From contig NC_068982.1 in NCBI RefSeq assembly GCF_001194135.2, positions 113,365,690 to 113,429,689 on the forward strand: DNA of 64,000 bases, read 5' to 3'. Position numbers and translations under genes: made by a program. Shown here piece by piece: positions 13,241-27,183 of this stretch. Within the stretch, counting starts at the first letter, position 1; every line of letters starts with the position of its first letter. The notes under the pieces are model-generated. The model did not search any database. It saw only the letters and a program-made list of their open reading frames with translations, and was not told the origin of the DNA. The stretch is from Octopus bimaculoides. Lineage: Eukaryota.

Positions 13241-13689
13241 TTTACGTGATAGCTTGAGCTACTAAAAACACAGCAAATTTCACTTAAATCTCACCTTATT
13301 TTTCTATATAAAGAAAGCATGCATTATACAATGTATATCCACTATATCCTTTAAAAATAAGATTGTCACGACCGGAATGCCTTTGCCAATACGGCTGATC
13401 AAGAGGTATTGATCTGGGATTAACTATGATGCTTGAAAGAAGTTTATGGGGAGACTATTTATGATAGATTTTTTTCCAGTTACCTTCCACATAATACGTT
13501 CACGAAAATAGAATTTTATAGGCGTCAAATTTTCATTGAAGTTAAAGAAAAATAACAATTAGCATATAACAAGGAGAGAAGAGTGTCTTCAGTCAATTCA
13601 GCTTTATATAAATCAGTATTTTTTACGAGATGCATGTATGTATACATGTATGGCTGAATGGTTACGAAGTTCGTTTCGTCACTACGAGA

Positions 13690-13815
13690 TTTCGGATTCG
13701 ATCTCATTTCGTTGCATCTTAGGCAAAATCATTTCCACAATCCTCAGGCTGGCTTGTATCTTCTGAAAGAAACTCAGTACACGGAAACTGTACAGAAGCC
13801 TTATTGTATGCACTT
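13690..13815 (+). mobile_element. Old tRNA-SINE, family B head relic
   Basis: GGATTCGATCTCA..TTGCATCTTAGGCAA..ACGGAAACTG..AGAAGCC resembles the family B head at 47655-47762. Confidence 0.4.
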
Positions 13816-14017
13816 GTGACTGAAATGTACAACCTCCTCACATATTGTGTCACGCTGATTTTACCTGAGAATTACGCTTGAGGCATATATGTCTGTGGAA
13901 TGCTAAGCTATTTATTTGCTAATTCAATGAGCAAGTAATTCATTTAATTGAACAACAGAGGCCTCGTCGTGAAAGCAAGTGAAGAAGCATCTATCTTTGT
14001 GTAAATGAATATATGCA

Positions 14018-14085
14018 TGTATGTATGTATGCATGTATGTATGTATGTATGTATGTATGTATGTATGTATGCATGTATGTATACA
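14018..14085. repeat. (TATG)n microsatellite
   Basis: Direct read. Confidence 0.95.
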
Positions 14086-16358
14086 TGTTTCTTTTCAATA
14101 ATAACCAAAGAAATCTAAATTATAACAGAACCATAGAGTAACATTTCGAATGTTGCATATTTTCACTGTTCCGCTTAGAGATTAATTTTGCGGGATTCAG
14201 AGTTTGACAGTCTATTGCCTTATCTGACTCACCAAACTGCCATATATGTTAACGCGGCAACTATACAAAATACTGCTTTGTGTTCCGAATGTACGTTGCC
14301 GCGTTTTCTATTATTTAGAAACCCGAATATTAAATGAAATCGAATGGAATGAGATGAAATAGGTAACTAAAGCAATTTCGTTTTTCTTAACACCTTCCAT
14401 TTTAGAGTAGAATATGAAATACTTTTATCCAGAATGTTTCTATCATTTCTATTTTCTTTAGGTTGACCGAATCTAATAAAATCCCCATTGGTGAGCTGAA
14501 AATCTTACCCTTATTTATTCAAGATTAAATTTATAAGGAAGTTCACCTCTAAACCTTGTGAACTACATGGACATTCCAATAGTTTATTTCTCCTAGATGA
14601 AAAAACTTAGAGATATTTTGAGTATGCAAGAAACCATCATTTTACACGGGAATTATCTTTCTGAGGAAATTTATGGAAATCTCAAAGGGGATTTTTCTCT
14701 TTACATTTCAGTGCCAGCAATTTATACGTAATGAACAAATAATCGCTCACATAGGATGAACGAATATTCAATTTCGTTCTCCACTTTTCATTTCTCGTCT
14801 AATTCCATTAATATTAAACCTAACATATATGTCAGAGTGACATGAACTTGTAAATCTCATTATTTCTTACCTAGTTTCTTGATTCCCAAACTTTACACCT
14901 CCGTATTTCACTTACATAATCTAATCTTCAGTACCTAGGGTGAAACGTTTTTAAAACAAAACGTTCCCAACAGCTTTGTATGTGTTTATGTCTATTCTTC
15001 ATAGAAATGAGGACGAATAAATGATTTTTATTTAGTTGGATGTCTTCTGAACCTGAATAAAATGCTATTATATGGAGAATGTTGTTTTCCTCGGCAACAG
15101 TTGCAAACATATAATGACCAAAGAATTCAAATAATTCAAAGTTTTTATGACTTTTACGTCTTCACTGCATTGTTCATAAATATTTTATTATAGTATAGAC
15201 AATGAGCTAAGTAAGCAAAACTAAATTCAATAAAGAGAAAATGAAAGGCAACCTTCGTTTAGCCATATTACAAGTATTTTCGGGAACAGGACGTACAGGC
15301 CGAGTTTCACACTGGCCTCTAATATTAGAATACGTAAATATTTACTAAGCAGAGCCAGTTTATACAATTGACCACGTAATCCGTAGTTTCGTACTCATTA
15401 ATGTTTACATTCATTCATGTTTTCGTCTGTCCTCTTCCACTCCATTGAATAAAGTGAAGGTAATCTAATGCTGGATTAAAAATCCAAATAGAAGATTGAC
15501 TTTGAATGTTACCCCAGCTTAGCTGCCAAGTTGCTTAGCAACTGTCTTCGCTTCAACGAGCAAATATCTTGAAGATGCCTGAACACAAGACATTTTTTAT
15601 ATGTGAAAACAAATATAAACGAACGCTAAAAATAAATACTCATTAAAAAGCTTCCTATTGATTATTGATCTACATTGAACAAGTGTCTAATCGATTATTT
15701 TCTTGCATTTTAACAGCATTTTAGCTGTTTATTGAAATCCATTTAACGTTTTAGCGATTCATCCTGCGTCCATGAAGGATATTATACAATTTAGTGATTT
15801 GTTTATCTTCTCCAAATCCGTCATTCTACTAATTATAAATAATTCATGGTTTTTGTCAATATTTATATTACAGTAAATTCAATAAGAAAGTAATGGATAA
15901 AAGATAAATCTGAAATCAAAATATTGTGACAATATTTACCGTGATAATGGGGATTATTTTCACAAAATGTTCAAAACAATCTTTCTTATAAAAAGATTCT
16001 GAAAGATTTATTTACAATTAAATCTGCCATCCATTAACGGCAAAAACTAATCTTGATGTAAAATGTGTGCATACATTCCATCATATGTATCCCAACTTTT
16101 TAATTTTAATTGTTCACAGCGATTTTCTATATATATATATAAATGTGTGTATACATACATGCATATANNNNNNNNNNNNNNNNNNNNNNNNNNNNNNNNN
16201 NNNNNNNNNNNNNNNNNNNNNNNNNNNNNNNNNNNNNNNNNNNNNNNNNNNNNNNNNNNNNNNNNNNNNNNNNNNNNNNNNNNNNNNNNNNNNNNNNNNN
16301 NNNNNNNNNNNNNNNNNNNNNNNNNNNNNNNNNNNNNNNNNNNNNNNNNNNNNNNNNN

Positions 16359-16392
<34 letters not shown>

Positions 16393-17330
16393 AGTATATA
16401 GTACAGTATATATAAATAAACAAACGTACAATTAGAATTATTTGGAAACTCGAGTTATCCAGCTGTTTTATAGAAACATATGTACCTTTTAACTCTTGTT
16501 TCAATAAATGATTTAATAAGAAGGTGAAAGGACCAAGAATTGATTTGCCTATTGGTATTAATGCTTCTGTGAAGTAGAATTCGTGTTCTTTAGTGCTTCC
16601 GATGAAGTCAGTAAGGAGATTATTAGCAGTAGTTTATTGATTGCACTCAAATGCATACATCTTGAAGTTAGAAAGGATAATTTTATATAATGGAATATTT
16701 GAACGTTCATTTGTACATGGTTATGTCCACGTTTGATAGAAATAGCGAAGAAATTAGAATTTTTTGTTAGTTTAGTAGTTTGTTTTGTTGAGTGTTTTTT
16801 CCATAATAATCCACAAACGTAACGTCAATTATATGCTCACACTCTCTTGCTTCTAATGAAATTGACAATAACACCATACACGTCGAATATGTATATGTCA
16901 GTCTTTCATGACATGACATATAAGTTATAGCCAATCTATTCACATAGTAAATAACAAATTATACCATATCTTTGGGAATGAAATATAATACATGCAATTT
17001 GGAAGGCGAAATCGTCTGCTTCATTTTACCTTATTACTTTTCCTCCATAGGAATGTATAAATGTTTTCATACTAGAAACCAAAAATTATTAGCTTATGCT
17101 AGCAGTTATAGCAGTATATGATCTAAGAAAGTAAAATGCTTCACACGAACCTGCCAACCTGCTCACTGCTTCAACTGATTATTATCTGTAATATATATAT
17201 TCTAAAGGATTCGGTTTGGTTTTATTTCTCTTCTTCATATTTAAAAAAAAAATATATCAGTTTATTTACTGGCTCTAATATGTAGCTTAGGTACAATCAT
17301 ATTAGAAAAATATATACAGTTTATATATAA

Positions 17331-17331
<1 letters not shown>

Positions 17332-17389
<58 letters not shown>
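17332..17389. repeat. (TG)n microsatellite
   Basis: Direct read. Confidence 0.97.
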
Positions 17390-17391
<2 letters not shown>

Positions 17392-17792
17392 TGTTTATCT
17401 TAATGACGGCCTCGATAAAAGTTCATTCGAAATTAGTGTAAGCCGACCAACATNNNNNNNNNNNNNNNNNNNNNNNNNNNNNNNNNNNNNNNNNNNNNNN
17501 NNNNNNNNNNNNNNNNNNNNNNNNNNNNNNNNNNNNNNNNNNNNNNNNNNNNNNNNNNNNNNNNNNNNNNNNNNNNNNNNNNNNNNNNNNNNNNNNNNNN
17601 NNNNNNNNNNNNNNNNNNNNNNNNNNNNNNNNNNNNNNNNNNNNNNNNNNNNNNNNNNNNNNNNNNNNNNNNNNNNNNNNNNNNNNNNNNNNNNNNNNNN
17701 NNNNNNNNNNNNNNNNNNNNNNNNNNNNNNNNNNNNNNNNNNNNNNNNNNNNNNNNNNNNNNNNNNNNNNNNNNNNNNNNNNNNNNNNNNNN

Positions 17793-18600
17793 CGGTGGTG
17801 TAAGTTATGTTCTTTGGCGTTGGCTGGTGTTGCTAATACGAATTGTGAGTCTTGACCCTGGTAAATGGATGAAGCTGCAATAACTGTGTATTCATAATCT
17901 CTCGCATTGAGAATAACCGCATGATTTCGGCTTTATTTACAGTTGGCAGATTCATCATGTGATGCGAGGGAAAGAAAGAGGTGATTCTTCACTACCTGGA
18001 GTGGCTGTAGTTGTAATGGTAGTAGCAGTAGAATAGGATGCCTACGATGATGATACTGATGATAGATCATTGTGTTATTCTGAGAGAATGAGGAATTTGA
18101 CTGTGAAAAAGGAGGGACAGTGTTGTTTAATAGGCTGTCAATTGTTGTAGCAATGGGGACTAACTGTAGCTGCTGTTGTTGTTATTTAGTTGTAGTAAGG
18201 GTAGTAGAACATGATGGTAATGATGATGGATCAGCTGTGGTATTCAGGAATAATGAGGAATATGAATACCAGACAGTGAAGGACTGTTGATTGCGGAGTT
18301 TAATAAGGTCACCAATTGTGCTAGTATTCAGGAGTTGCCCTGTTTGCTGATTGTGATGTTGTTTTTGCAGTGCTGCTGCTGTTGCTGTTGTTGTCGTTTT
18401 TGCTGTTGTCTAGTTAGAGAAAATACATGTTGAAGTTTCTCAAAATGCCTGTGAATTAATTTCAACGAGATGTTTGAGTCTGTTCTGTATCTACTTCTCC
18501 GATCGGTTATTGAGCAGTTTGAGTGTTCTTTTGGCAATATAATTCAGACATGAAGCATCTATGATTTCAGTGTGGGAAAAAACAAAACTATGCAGTTAGG
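17793..18600 (-). mobile_element. Probable Penelope-like element 5'/N-terminal relic running into a gap
   Basis: Minus strand KA..HAVILNARDYE (17891-17923) resembles the KADKG.AVVI.N..DY motif at the start of PLE RT. It is preceded by a stop-interrupted Q/T/S-rich region and a basic ..KRTLKLLNNR..QNRLKHL segment. Confidence 0.45.
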
Positions 18601-19084
18601 AGAATGTTGATTTCATTCTTAGACCACTTTTCTTTATTGTAGCCGCGTTGTGTAGCCGTGAGTCCATGTGACGGTATAACGTTGATATATGGATGAGGGG
18701 ACAAAAATGCGTAAATGCATCTGGGGAGTGTTTGCGAGCATGTAGGAACGTATGAGTCTGTGGACCATGCGTTAAAATTACAGCACTACAGATAGTTGTA
18801 AACTAAAGACGACCCTCTCCAAGAGAAGTTGCCTCCATCACGAATACAGAGCATAAGTCTACCCGTCAGCCCCAGCGGTCGCATGGTGCACTTGTTCACC
18901 ATCTCGATTATTTACGTGGTCTCGTGAACTAACTTTATATTACTGTTGATAAGTACACTGGGTTACTTTGTATCATTTTACAGGCTTGTTTTTGCCCTAT
19001 TTGGTTTCAAGAAATCTTCGCCACGCTAATCAAAAATTATAGACAAAAATCAAGCACGCCACAAACAATGTGTTTGGAACAATT

Positions 19085-19175
19085 GATTCGATTATGTGTA
19101 TTTCACAACTGGTACTTTATTTAATCAACCCTGTAAAAGATGAAAGTTTAATTTGACCGCAGCAAGATTTCAACA
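19085..19175 (-). mobile_element. SINE family A relic
   Basis: ACTGGTACTTTATTTAATCAACCC..GATGAAAG..TTTGACC is the reverse of the SINE body. Confidence 0.55.
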
Positions 19176-19470
19176 GCTATTCTTAGGAAACTATCGACAT
19201 TATCACAAGGTATAACATCCACCACCGAATTCTGCCAAAAACCAGCTTACATTTCACTATATTTTGTAAATATATAGATAGCAAAGTTATATGTAGCTAA
19301 AGATAAAGCACCGTTTACATTCTTCTAAATAATACAGCTAAGTTCTATTTCAGCCCATAAAGTTTAAGTTTTAAACTGAAGTATCTAGTGTATAGCTACT
19401 AGTATTTCCCCATTGCTCAAAACGGGATCTCTATGACGTCAGCATTGTATCAGACTTTTATCTATTTTTC

Positions 19471-19517
<47 letters not shown>

Positions 19518-19622
19518 CACACATACACACACACTCACGCACGCACATATACACACACACACGCACACGCACATACGGACACAAACCTCCGTACGCACAA
19601 CGCCTATAAACANNNNNNNNNN

Positions 19623-19661
<39 letters not shown>

Positions 19662-20297
19662 AAAGCAAAGAAACAAATATATATAAATATGGTTGTGTGT
19701 ATACATGTGTGACAGTGTGTGAGTGTATGGTAACTCTTTCTATTAGTAATTTCTCTATTCATTCCTGTTTTTCTTTTCAAAGAACAAAAGGTAGCCACTT
19801 AAATCAGTTCCTTGTTTACAACAAACCACAGAGAGTTTACTTAATACACTGTTAATGTTGTTCAATATACACATCATATAGCATGTTACATCATCGCTAT
19901 TTTTCCACAATAGCACTTTGTATTAGAGACAGGCACAGAAAGAATGTCTTTAAATCTAAGCTTGCTCTATATACAAATGTTATTATAAACTGTTGTGGTT
20001 GTTGTTCCAGTGTAGTTTGGTTTTTATTATCACTGCTTTTGTTGTTGTTTATCCTTATGTTAGCACTTTCAACCGATCTATGATCCAAGATTTTCAATAT
20101 GTTACCATCCTGTCTTTTGTATTTTTTCAGACACAATGCATTTAAGACCACATTAAGTGTCCTATCTTTAATTCAGATGGCTGGGTGTGGTTTGAGAGGA
20201 GTTTGCTATTTGAAGGAATTCAAGCGACTGACCATTTGTCGAAGGTCAAGTGAGTAGAGAGTCTCACTCGTTCAGTCATTATTATTTTTGTTGTGAA

Positions 20298-20528
20298 GGC
20301 GGCGAGCTGGCAGAATCGTTAGCACGCCGGGCGAAATGCTTTGCGGTATATCGTCAGCCGCTACGTTCTGAGTTCAAATTCCGCCGAGGTCGACTTTGCC
20401 TTTCATCCTTTCGGGGTCGATTAAATAAGTACCAGTTACGCATTGGGGTCGATGTAATCGACTTAATCAATTTGTCTGTCCATGTTTGTCCCCTCTATGT
20501 TTAGCCCCTTGTGGGCAATAAAGAAATA
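20298..20528 (+). mobile_element. Young full-length tRNA-derived SINE, family A
   Basis: A-box-like GAGCTGGCAGAATCG, B-box GAGTTCAAATTCC, body GTCGACTTTGCCTTTCATCCTTTCGGGGTCGA, 3' end AATAAAGAAATA. Confidence 0.92.
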
Positions 20529-20532
20529 GGTA

Positions 20533-20662
20533 TTTCCGCCAAGGTCGACTTTGCCTTTCATCCTTTAGGGGTCGATAAATTAAGTCACTGGGGTCGATGT
20601 AATCGACTAGGTCTCTTTCCTCAAATTTTAGGTCTTGTGCTTATAGTAGAAAGGATTATTAT
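20533..20662 (+). mobile_element. 5'-truncated family A SINE with alternative 3' tail
   Basis: Repeats the TTCCGCC.AGGTCGACTTTGCC body, ends ..GTCTTGTGCTTATAGTAGAAAGGATTATT. Confidence 0.85.
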
Positions 20663-21844
20663 TTTTGTTGTTGTTATTTTTGTGTAGTGATGTTGCTTGT
20701 AGTGATGCTGCTGTTTAATCCGAAATCAAATCTGATTTAGTAATCCTATGACAAAACGTATCCAAGTGCTGATAAATCCATCTATTTTGAGAATATCTAG
20801 GACGAAACTTTCTAATATATTGTGTTTTCCTATTTCAGACGGTTTGATATAATTTAAAAGTGATTCGGTTGCTATTTATAGCTGCTGAAACGGTCACTTG
20901 ATGACTCCGTTGTTCATGCGCTGCTATTTCCTTTTCTTTTTCTTTTTTTCTTCTTTTTGCTTAGACAATCCACACCCACACCCACACACACACACACCCT
21001 CCCATACACCGACACACACACAACACTTAAACACACATGCACACACATTGTCCATTCTGACTGAACACATCATGATCAAAAGTATTTAAAATGTGACTAT
21101 CAGGTTATTTTTTAGAGCAGTGTGCATGTAGGACTAAAATTATTGAATGTCTTGTCTTATTCTTTGTATAAGCCTTGAACATTCAGACTACTTTATCAAA
21201 TTTAACACTTATTTATCCACATTTTCTAAAAATTAGTCATGTCCTTGAGATTTTGATAATGTGATTGTTTCTTTTTGGAATGACATTGTAGGGTAGGTGT
21301 GATAGACTGGAACTGGCCAGTTTCAACATACAACTGGTAGAATTTATGCGCTAGATATGGTCGGTTCAAATTCATAGTATTGAGTATAGTTTCACCACTA
21401 TTTGTAGAATGTCACTTGATCGCATTGAAACTCCTTTCTTGGTACGTACTACAATCAATATTGTCAATATGTTCTTTCTTGCAACAATACATATAGAAAA
21501 AAGACAATACAATAAGCTCTTTTTATATCAAGAGAAATGTTCCTGTTATGTTCATATGGTAAGAAACGCTGCGTATGGAAGATGTTTCTGCAAACTTTAA
21601 ATGGGTTAATGATATGCAAGATAATGGCCGTCAGATTAAACAGCTTACAACGCAACCATATAACACTCAGTTTGATGCCATTACGCAGCATTATCACATT
21701 GTTCAAGTATTTCTATAACAGTCAAAGCCTTCTTTACACACATACGTACACACACGCATACATAAACATACATGTATACGTATCTATATTATAATTCTAT
21801 TTGTTCGTGAGTTTACATGTTACGCTTTAGTTTGTTCGGGGAAG

Positions 21845-22030
21845 CAGGAGGGAGAGTGAGAGTGAAGGTGGCAGAGATAGAGGGAGAGGGACAGAGAGGG
21901 GGAGAGGGGAGAGAGACAGACAGGGTGAGAGGGACAGAGAGGGGGAGAGAGGGGGAGAGAGGGGGTAGGGAGACAGAGGGAGAGAGAGAGAGGGAGAGAG
22001 AGGGAGTGTGAGAGAGAGTGAGTGAGATAG
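21845..22030. repeat. Purine-rich (GA/GGA) low-complexity tract
   Basis: Direct read. Confidence 0.9.
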
Positions 22031-23249
22031 CAGATAACCACCTCCACTAACCACCCTGCTATGTGGTTAGTTGAAGTGTGAGATGAGAGAAGGAGAAAGA
22101 GAGAAGTGTTAACGATGTGAAGAGGGGAATTACATGGCTAGAAAGTTTGTTGAAGAGGTAGAGTAAGATAAGACAGAGAGAGAAAGTGTGCGTGTGTGTT
22201 TAGCAGAAAGAAATTTTTAATATCATATAATATATTATTGTGACCGGAAGTGAAATAACTTAGCAAAATAGCCATGCGTGTTATTTAATTTTTAAGTTGC
22301 ACAAATAAAATAAAACTGTAAATTTTCTATTTTATTTTGTGTACATTAATAGTATATAATGTAATTATGACAAAATAATAAGGAATATGCAATTATATAT
22401 TGATCTTGCAGTGTCAATAAAATTAAATACTAACGAATCATACGTGTATGAATTATTGTATTGCATTGTTATTGTATAATTTTCTATCATTTATAGCACA
22501 GACAACAATCTGATTTATATGCAATGAAAATGAAAATCATCCTTTTCTTTCTTAAATAGAGCCTCTTAATTTTTTTCGATCTGTAGATTTTCCACGGGTC
22601 CCGTTAGTATGTATATATATATATATATATATATATNNNNNNNNNNNNNNNNNNNNNNNNNNNNNNNNNNNNNNNNNNNNNNNNNNNNNNNNNNNNNNNN
22701 NNNNNNNNNNNNNNNNNNNNNNNNNNNNNNNNNNNNNNNNNNNNNNNNNNNNNNNNNNNNNNNNNNNNNNNNNNNNNNNNNNNNNNNNNNNNNNNNNNNN
22801 NNNNNNNNNNNNNNNNNNNNNNNNNNNNNNNNNNNNNNNNNNNNNNNNNNNNNNNNNNNNNNNNNNNNNNNNNNNNNNNNNNNNNNNNNNNNNNNNNNNN
22901 NNNNNNNNNNNNNNNNNNNNNNNNNNNNNNNNNNNNNNNNNNNNNNNNNNNNNNNNNNNNNNNNNNNNNNNNNNNNNNNNNNNNNNNNNNNNNNNNNNNN
23001 NNNNNNNNNNNNNNNNNNNNNNNNNNNNNNNNNNNNNNNNNNNNNNNNNNNNNNNNNNNNNNNNNNNNNNNNNNNNNNNNNNNNNNNNNNTGTGTGTGTA
23101 TGTGTGTGTGTGCGCGCGTGTGTATGTGTGTGTGTGTGCGTGTGTGTGTGTGTGTGTGTAATCGCGCGCGATTGTGTATGTATATATGTACATATATAAA
23201 GACCCTGCACTAAAACAATTTCTCTTTAACGGCATTGTATTTATAATAA

Positions 23250-23470
23250 AGCGGCGAGCTGGCAGAATTGTTAGCACGCTGGACGTAATGCTTAGCGGTA
23301 TTTCGCCCGTCACTGCGCTGAGTTCAAATTCTGTCGAGGTCCACTTTGCCTTTCATCTTTTCAGGGACGATAAATTAAGTAGCAGTGAAACACTGGGGTC
23401 GATATAATCGACTAGTCACGTTCCCCAGAATTTCAGGCCTTGTACCTATAGTAGAAAGGATTATATTATT
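23250..23470 (+). mobile_element. Full-length tRNA-derived SINE, family A
   Basis: GCGGCGAGCTGGCAGAATTGTTAGCACG...GAGTTCAAATTC...GGCCTTGTACCTATAGTAGAAAGGATTAT. Confidence 0.9.
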
Positions 23471-23759
23471 AATAACGACAAAAGCATCTCAAATAGGATC
23501 AGAGAACCCAAGGAAAATATTTGCATCAACGTCATCAAAATATTTGTATTTTGTAAAACATAAACATTTTTCAAACCTCTTATGTCTTGTGACAGTTTCT
23601 TGCCCTTTCAGTGCGAGTTTTGTTACACACAGGAAAACTCTTGTATGACTTTCTTTGAACTTATTGTCTATCAAGATGGTGTGGTAGTAAAGAATTATAT
23701 TATATATATGGTCATCGCATAAACCCATAAATAATCGGTGTTTTATATACTTCTTTATG

Positions 23760-24490
23760 TTTCAAAATTATGATATCCACCAGTGCTATGCATAGCGCTT
23801 GATTGCATGCAGCAAGATCTCTCAGGAACAATAATTTGCTTTTGTTGTTTGTGGTGCAACAAGTCTCTAATATTTAGCAAAAAGATTGGCCTGACGACTG
23901 TGTTGGCGTTAGGGGATGCCATCCCGTGTCTTTTGATTGTAATAGTCTTGCGCAGCCGTGGACAATGTTCCGTGTTTGCGCTTGATGTAGCCCGGTCAGC
24001 TGTTGCACAATCTTTTACGCCATGCACAAAAAAAGGACTCTTGCTCAGCTGCTGCTTTTCGCATAACATCTGAAGAGCGCACTGCATACTTTCTCATCGG
24101 AGACGATTGGTGCCTCTCCTCTAGGAAGTATTCCTCCTTAAGGCCCCTGCAGTTTTGGCGGGAGTCTCGGGTGAGCAAACCGGCAGTTTGTACCGTCTTT
24201 CTTGCAGGTAAAATTTACACGTCCTCGCCTTTACTTCAAATTCTCTCCTCTAGAGTTGAGGATTCCATTGGAACCTCCATATCTAGATTGCTTTTTTTGA
24301 CTTTTGTTTGGTGGTTTTGGGTTGTTTCGGCTTTAGTTTTAGTTGATTTTTTTCTTTTCCTTTTCCTTCCTCTCCTCTTTCTTATTTATGTTTTTGGTCG
24401 TGGTCTTTCTTTCCTTTACTAGTGGTAGCCCTTACATTCGCCTGATTGTCGACAAAGATGGGGGCACCATTCTTTTGTGGGACCATTTGA
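23760..24490 (-). mobile_element. GC-elevated unclassified segment, possibly a LINE ORF1 relic
   Basis: Higher GC than the flanks; minus strand has a Cys/His patch (WCPHLCRQSGECKGYH) followed by a Lys/Glu-rich stretch with stops. No diagnostic catalytic motif. Confidence 0.3.
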
Positions 24491-24498
24491 TATACATG

Positions 24499-24563
<65 letters not shown>

Positions 24564-25074
24564 NNNNNNNNNNNNNNNNNNNNNNNNNNNNNNNNNNNNN
24601 NNNNNNNNNNNNNNNNNNNNNNNNNNNNNNNNNNNNNNNNNNNNNNNNNNNNNNNNNNNNNNNNNNNNNNNNNNNNNNNNNNNNNNNNNNNNNNNNNNNN
24701 NNNNNNNNNNNNNNNNNNNNNNNNNNNNNNNNNNNNNNNNNNNNNNNNNNNNNNNNNNNNNNNNNNNNNNNNNNNNNNNNNNNNNNNNNNNNNNNNNNNN
24801 NNNNNNNNNNNNNNNNNNNNNNNNNNNNNNNNNNNNNNNNNNNNNNNNNNNNNNNNNNNNNNNNNNNNNNNNNNNNNNNNNNNNNNNNNNNNNNNNNNNN
24901 NNNNNNNNNNNNNNNNNNNNNNNNNNNNNNNNNNNNNNNNNNNNNNNNNNNNNNNNNNNNNNNNNNNNNNNNNNNNNNNNNNNNNNNNNNNNNNNNNNNN
25001 NNNNNNNNNNNNNNNNNNNNNNNNNNNNNNNNNNNNNNNNNNNNNNNNNNNNNNNNNNNNNNNNNNNNNNNNNN

Positions 25075-25144
<70 letters not shown>

Positions 25145-26314
25145 CACATGCATATGTGTGTGTGCGTGCGTGTGTTTGCGTATGTGCATACGTGTATATA
25201 TATACATATTATATATGTCTGTATATATAATACACACATATACACATGTATGTATATGTATATGTGCATATATGTCTGTGCATGAATATACAGCTAGAGA
25301 CTGAGATGTGTCAGTGTGTGTGCTTGTATATATATTTGAAGAACCTATGGAGGTTTAGACGCGATAATCTAATTTCATTTTAGAGCGAAAAGATAATATT
25401 AGACATGCCTTCGAGTATTATTCCCTGTTGTTGTGAAGAGATAACACTAGAAGTTTCTTCTTGTTTGGTCGCTGTGCCAAAATATTCTGATAGCAACTTT
25501 TGTTTAAAATATAAGCCAGCAGATAAGAAAAATGGAATCTAACTAAACATTTTTCATACGTTTTAATACATCTCTACATACAGTTACACACGTACACATA
25601 TATATACGCACTGACACACAATTATGAATATATGTATTTATTCATACAATACAATTCATTTGGAAAACTAATTTTTTAATAGTATCTCATAAAATAAAAT
25701 GGGCATTTGCGGAGAATATTTTTTAATATAGCGTTAAAAATAAATAAAATTAGCATAAAATATTGAACGAAATTGTATTTTCTTTCAACTTTAACGTATT
25801 TTGTTTTCTTGTATTTTTGTATTTATAAAATATTTTCCGAAAGAAGATTGAAAGTTCCATTTGTCATATGCAGGAAAATAAATTCTTGGTTAATATATGT
25901 ATGTCGAACAGATCAATTCCATGAAATCACAACCTGCACATCACTGTCACAGTGATTGTTTAAACTACGCCAGAGAAATCGTGCAATGTCCAAGCTGCTT
26001 TCTAACAGTCAAATCCAAATCACGCACCAAATCATACTTTATAAGAACAAAGAAGTCACAACAGCAAAGGAACAAAGTTTATCATAATAAATTTCCTTGA
26101 TTTTGCATTTATGTTGCCATTACCAAAGCTACGACAGCAACTTCCCAATGAAACGAGATTTAAGCCCTGGTTTCGTATCTCTCTTCCATATTCTCCTAAT
26201 CCACGTCCAATGAGCATCAACATATTTTTCCTTTCCTTAAACTAATGCAAGTCACCAGTCAATCGGCTGTTTTATATACTCTCAATCTGTCGATTTATAA
26301 AGATATTTTAGTGA

Positions 26315-26526
26315 ATTATATGAATTATATCGATTATTCAGTAAGGTGAACTACCATTTTAGTTTCACTTTTATTTTACTTGCTATCGGGAAACACTAAC
26401 TTAGGATGTCTTGAATCGAGGTTCTATATTCATTAGTTTCGTTAAAGGTGCGTTAAACGTACGTTAAATGTTCGTTAAATGTACAAAGAATTTGGCTTTA
26501 ATTGAAGTGTGTTAACTCCATCAATC

Positions 26527-26558
<32 letters not shown>

Positions 26559-26570
26559 TACACACACACA

Positions 26571-26604
<34 letters not shown>

Positions 26605-27183
26605 TGCTTAACGTATAATGCGAACTGATATTTTCCTAAAGCCAAGGCTTATCCATTTCCACTTTGTTTCAGGTTTTGTTCTTCCAGTGGCATGTGCCAC
26701 ACCTTATACCAAAGGTCTTGCACTTATGATGTATCCCCGGGGGGGGGGTCAAAAGGGAAGTAGTCGTTGAAGCGTCCTATCGGATTTCTCCGCATTGAGT
26801 CATGTTTTGCTGGAGGAAGGCTCTTATCTGTCAGGTGTNNNNNNNNNNNNNNNNNNNNNNNNNNNNNNNNNNNNNNNNNNNNNNNNNNNNNNNNNNNNNN
26901 NNNNNNNNNNNNNNNNNNNNNNNNNNNNNNNNNNNNNNNNNNNNNNNNNNNNNNNNNATTATATGAATTATATCGATTATTCAGTAAGGTGAACTACCAT
27001 TTTAGTTTCACTTTTATTTTACTTGCTATCGGGAAACACTAACTTAGGATGTCTTGAATCGAGGTTCTATATTCATTAGTTTCGTTAAAGGTGCGTTAAA
27101 CGTACGTTAAATGTTCGTTAAATGTACAAAGAATTTGGCTTTAATTGAAGTGTGTTAACTCCATCAATCTATATATATATATA
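26315..27183 (+). repeat. Identical ~226-bp direct repeat (26315-26540 = 26958-27183) spanning a gap
   Basis: No differences seen by eye; the second copy starts exactly at the gap edge. Confidence 0.9.

Noticed and set aside
19434-19441. Isolated TGACGTCA (also 45932-45939)
   Set aside because: Single 8-mers with no motif cluster.
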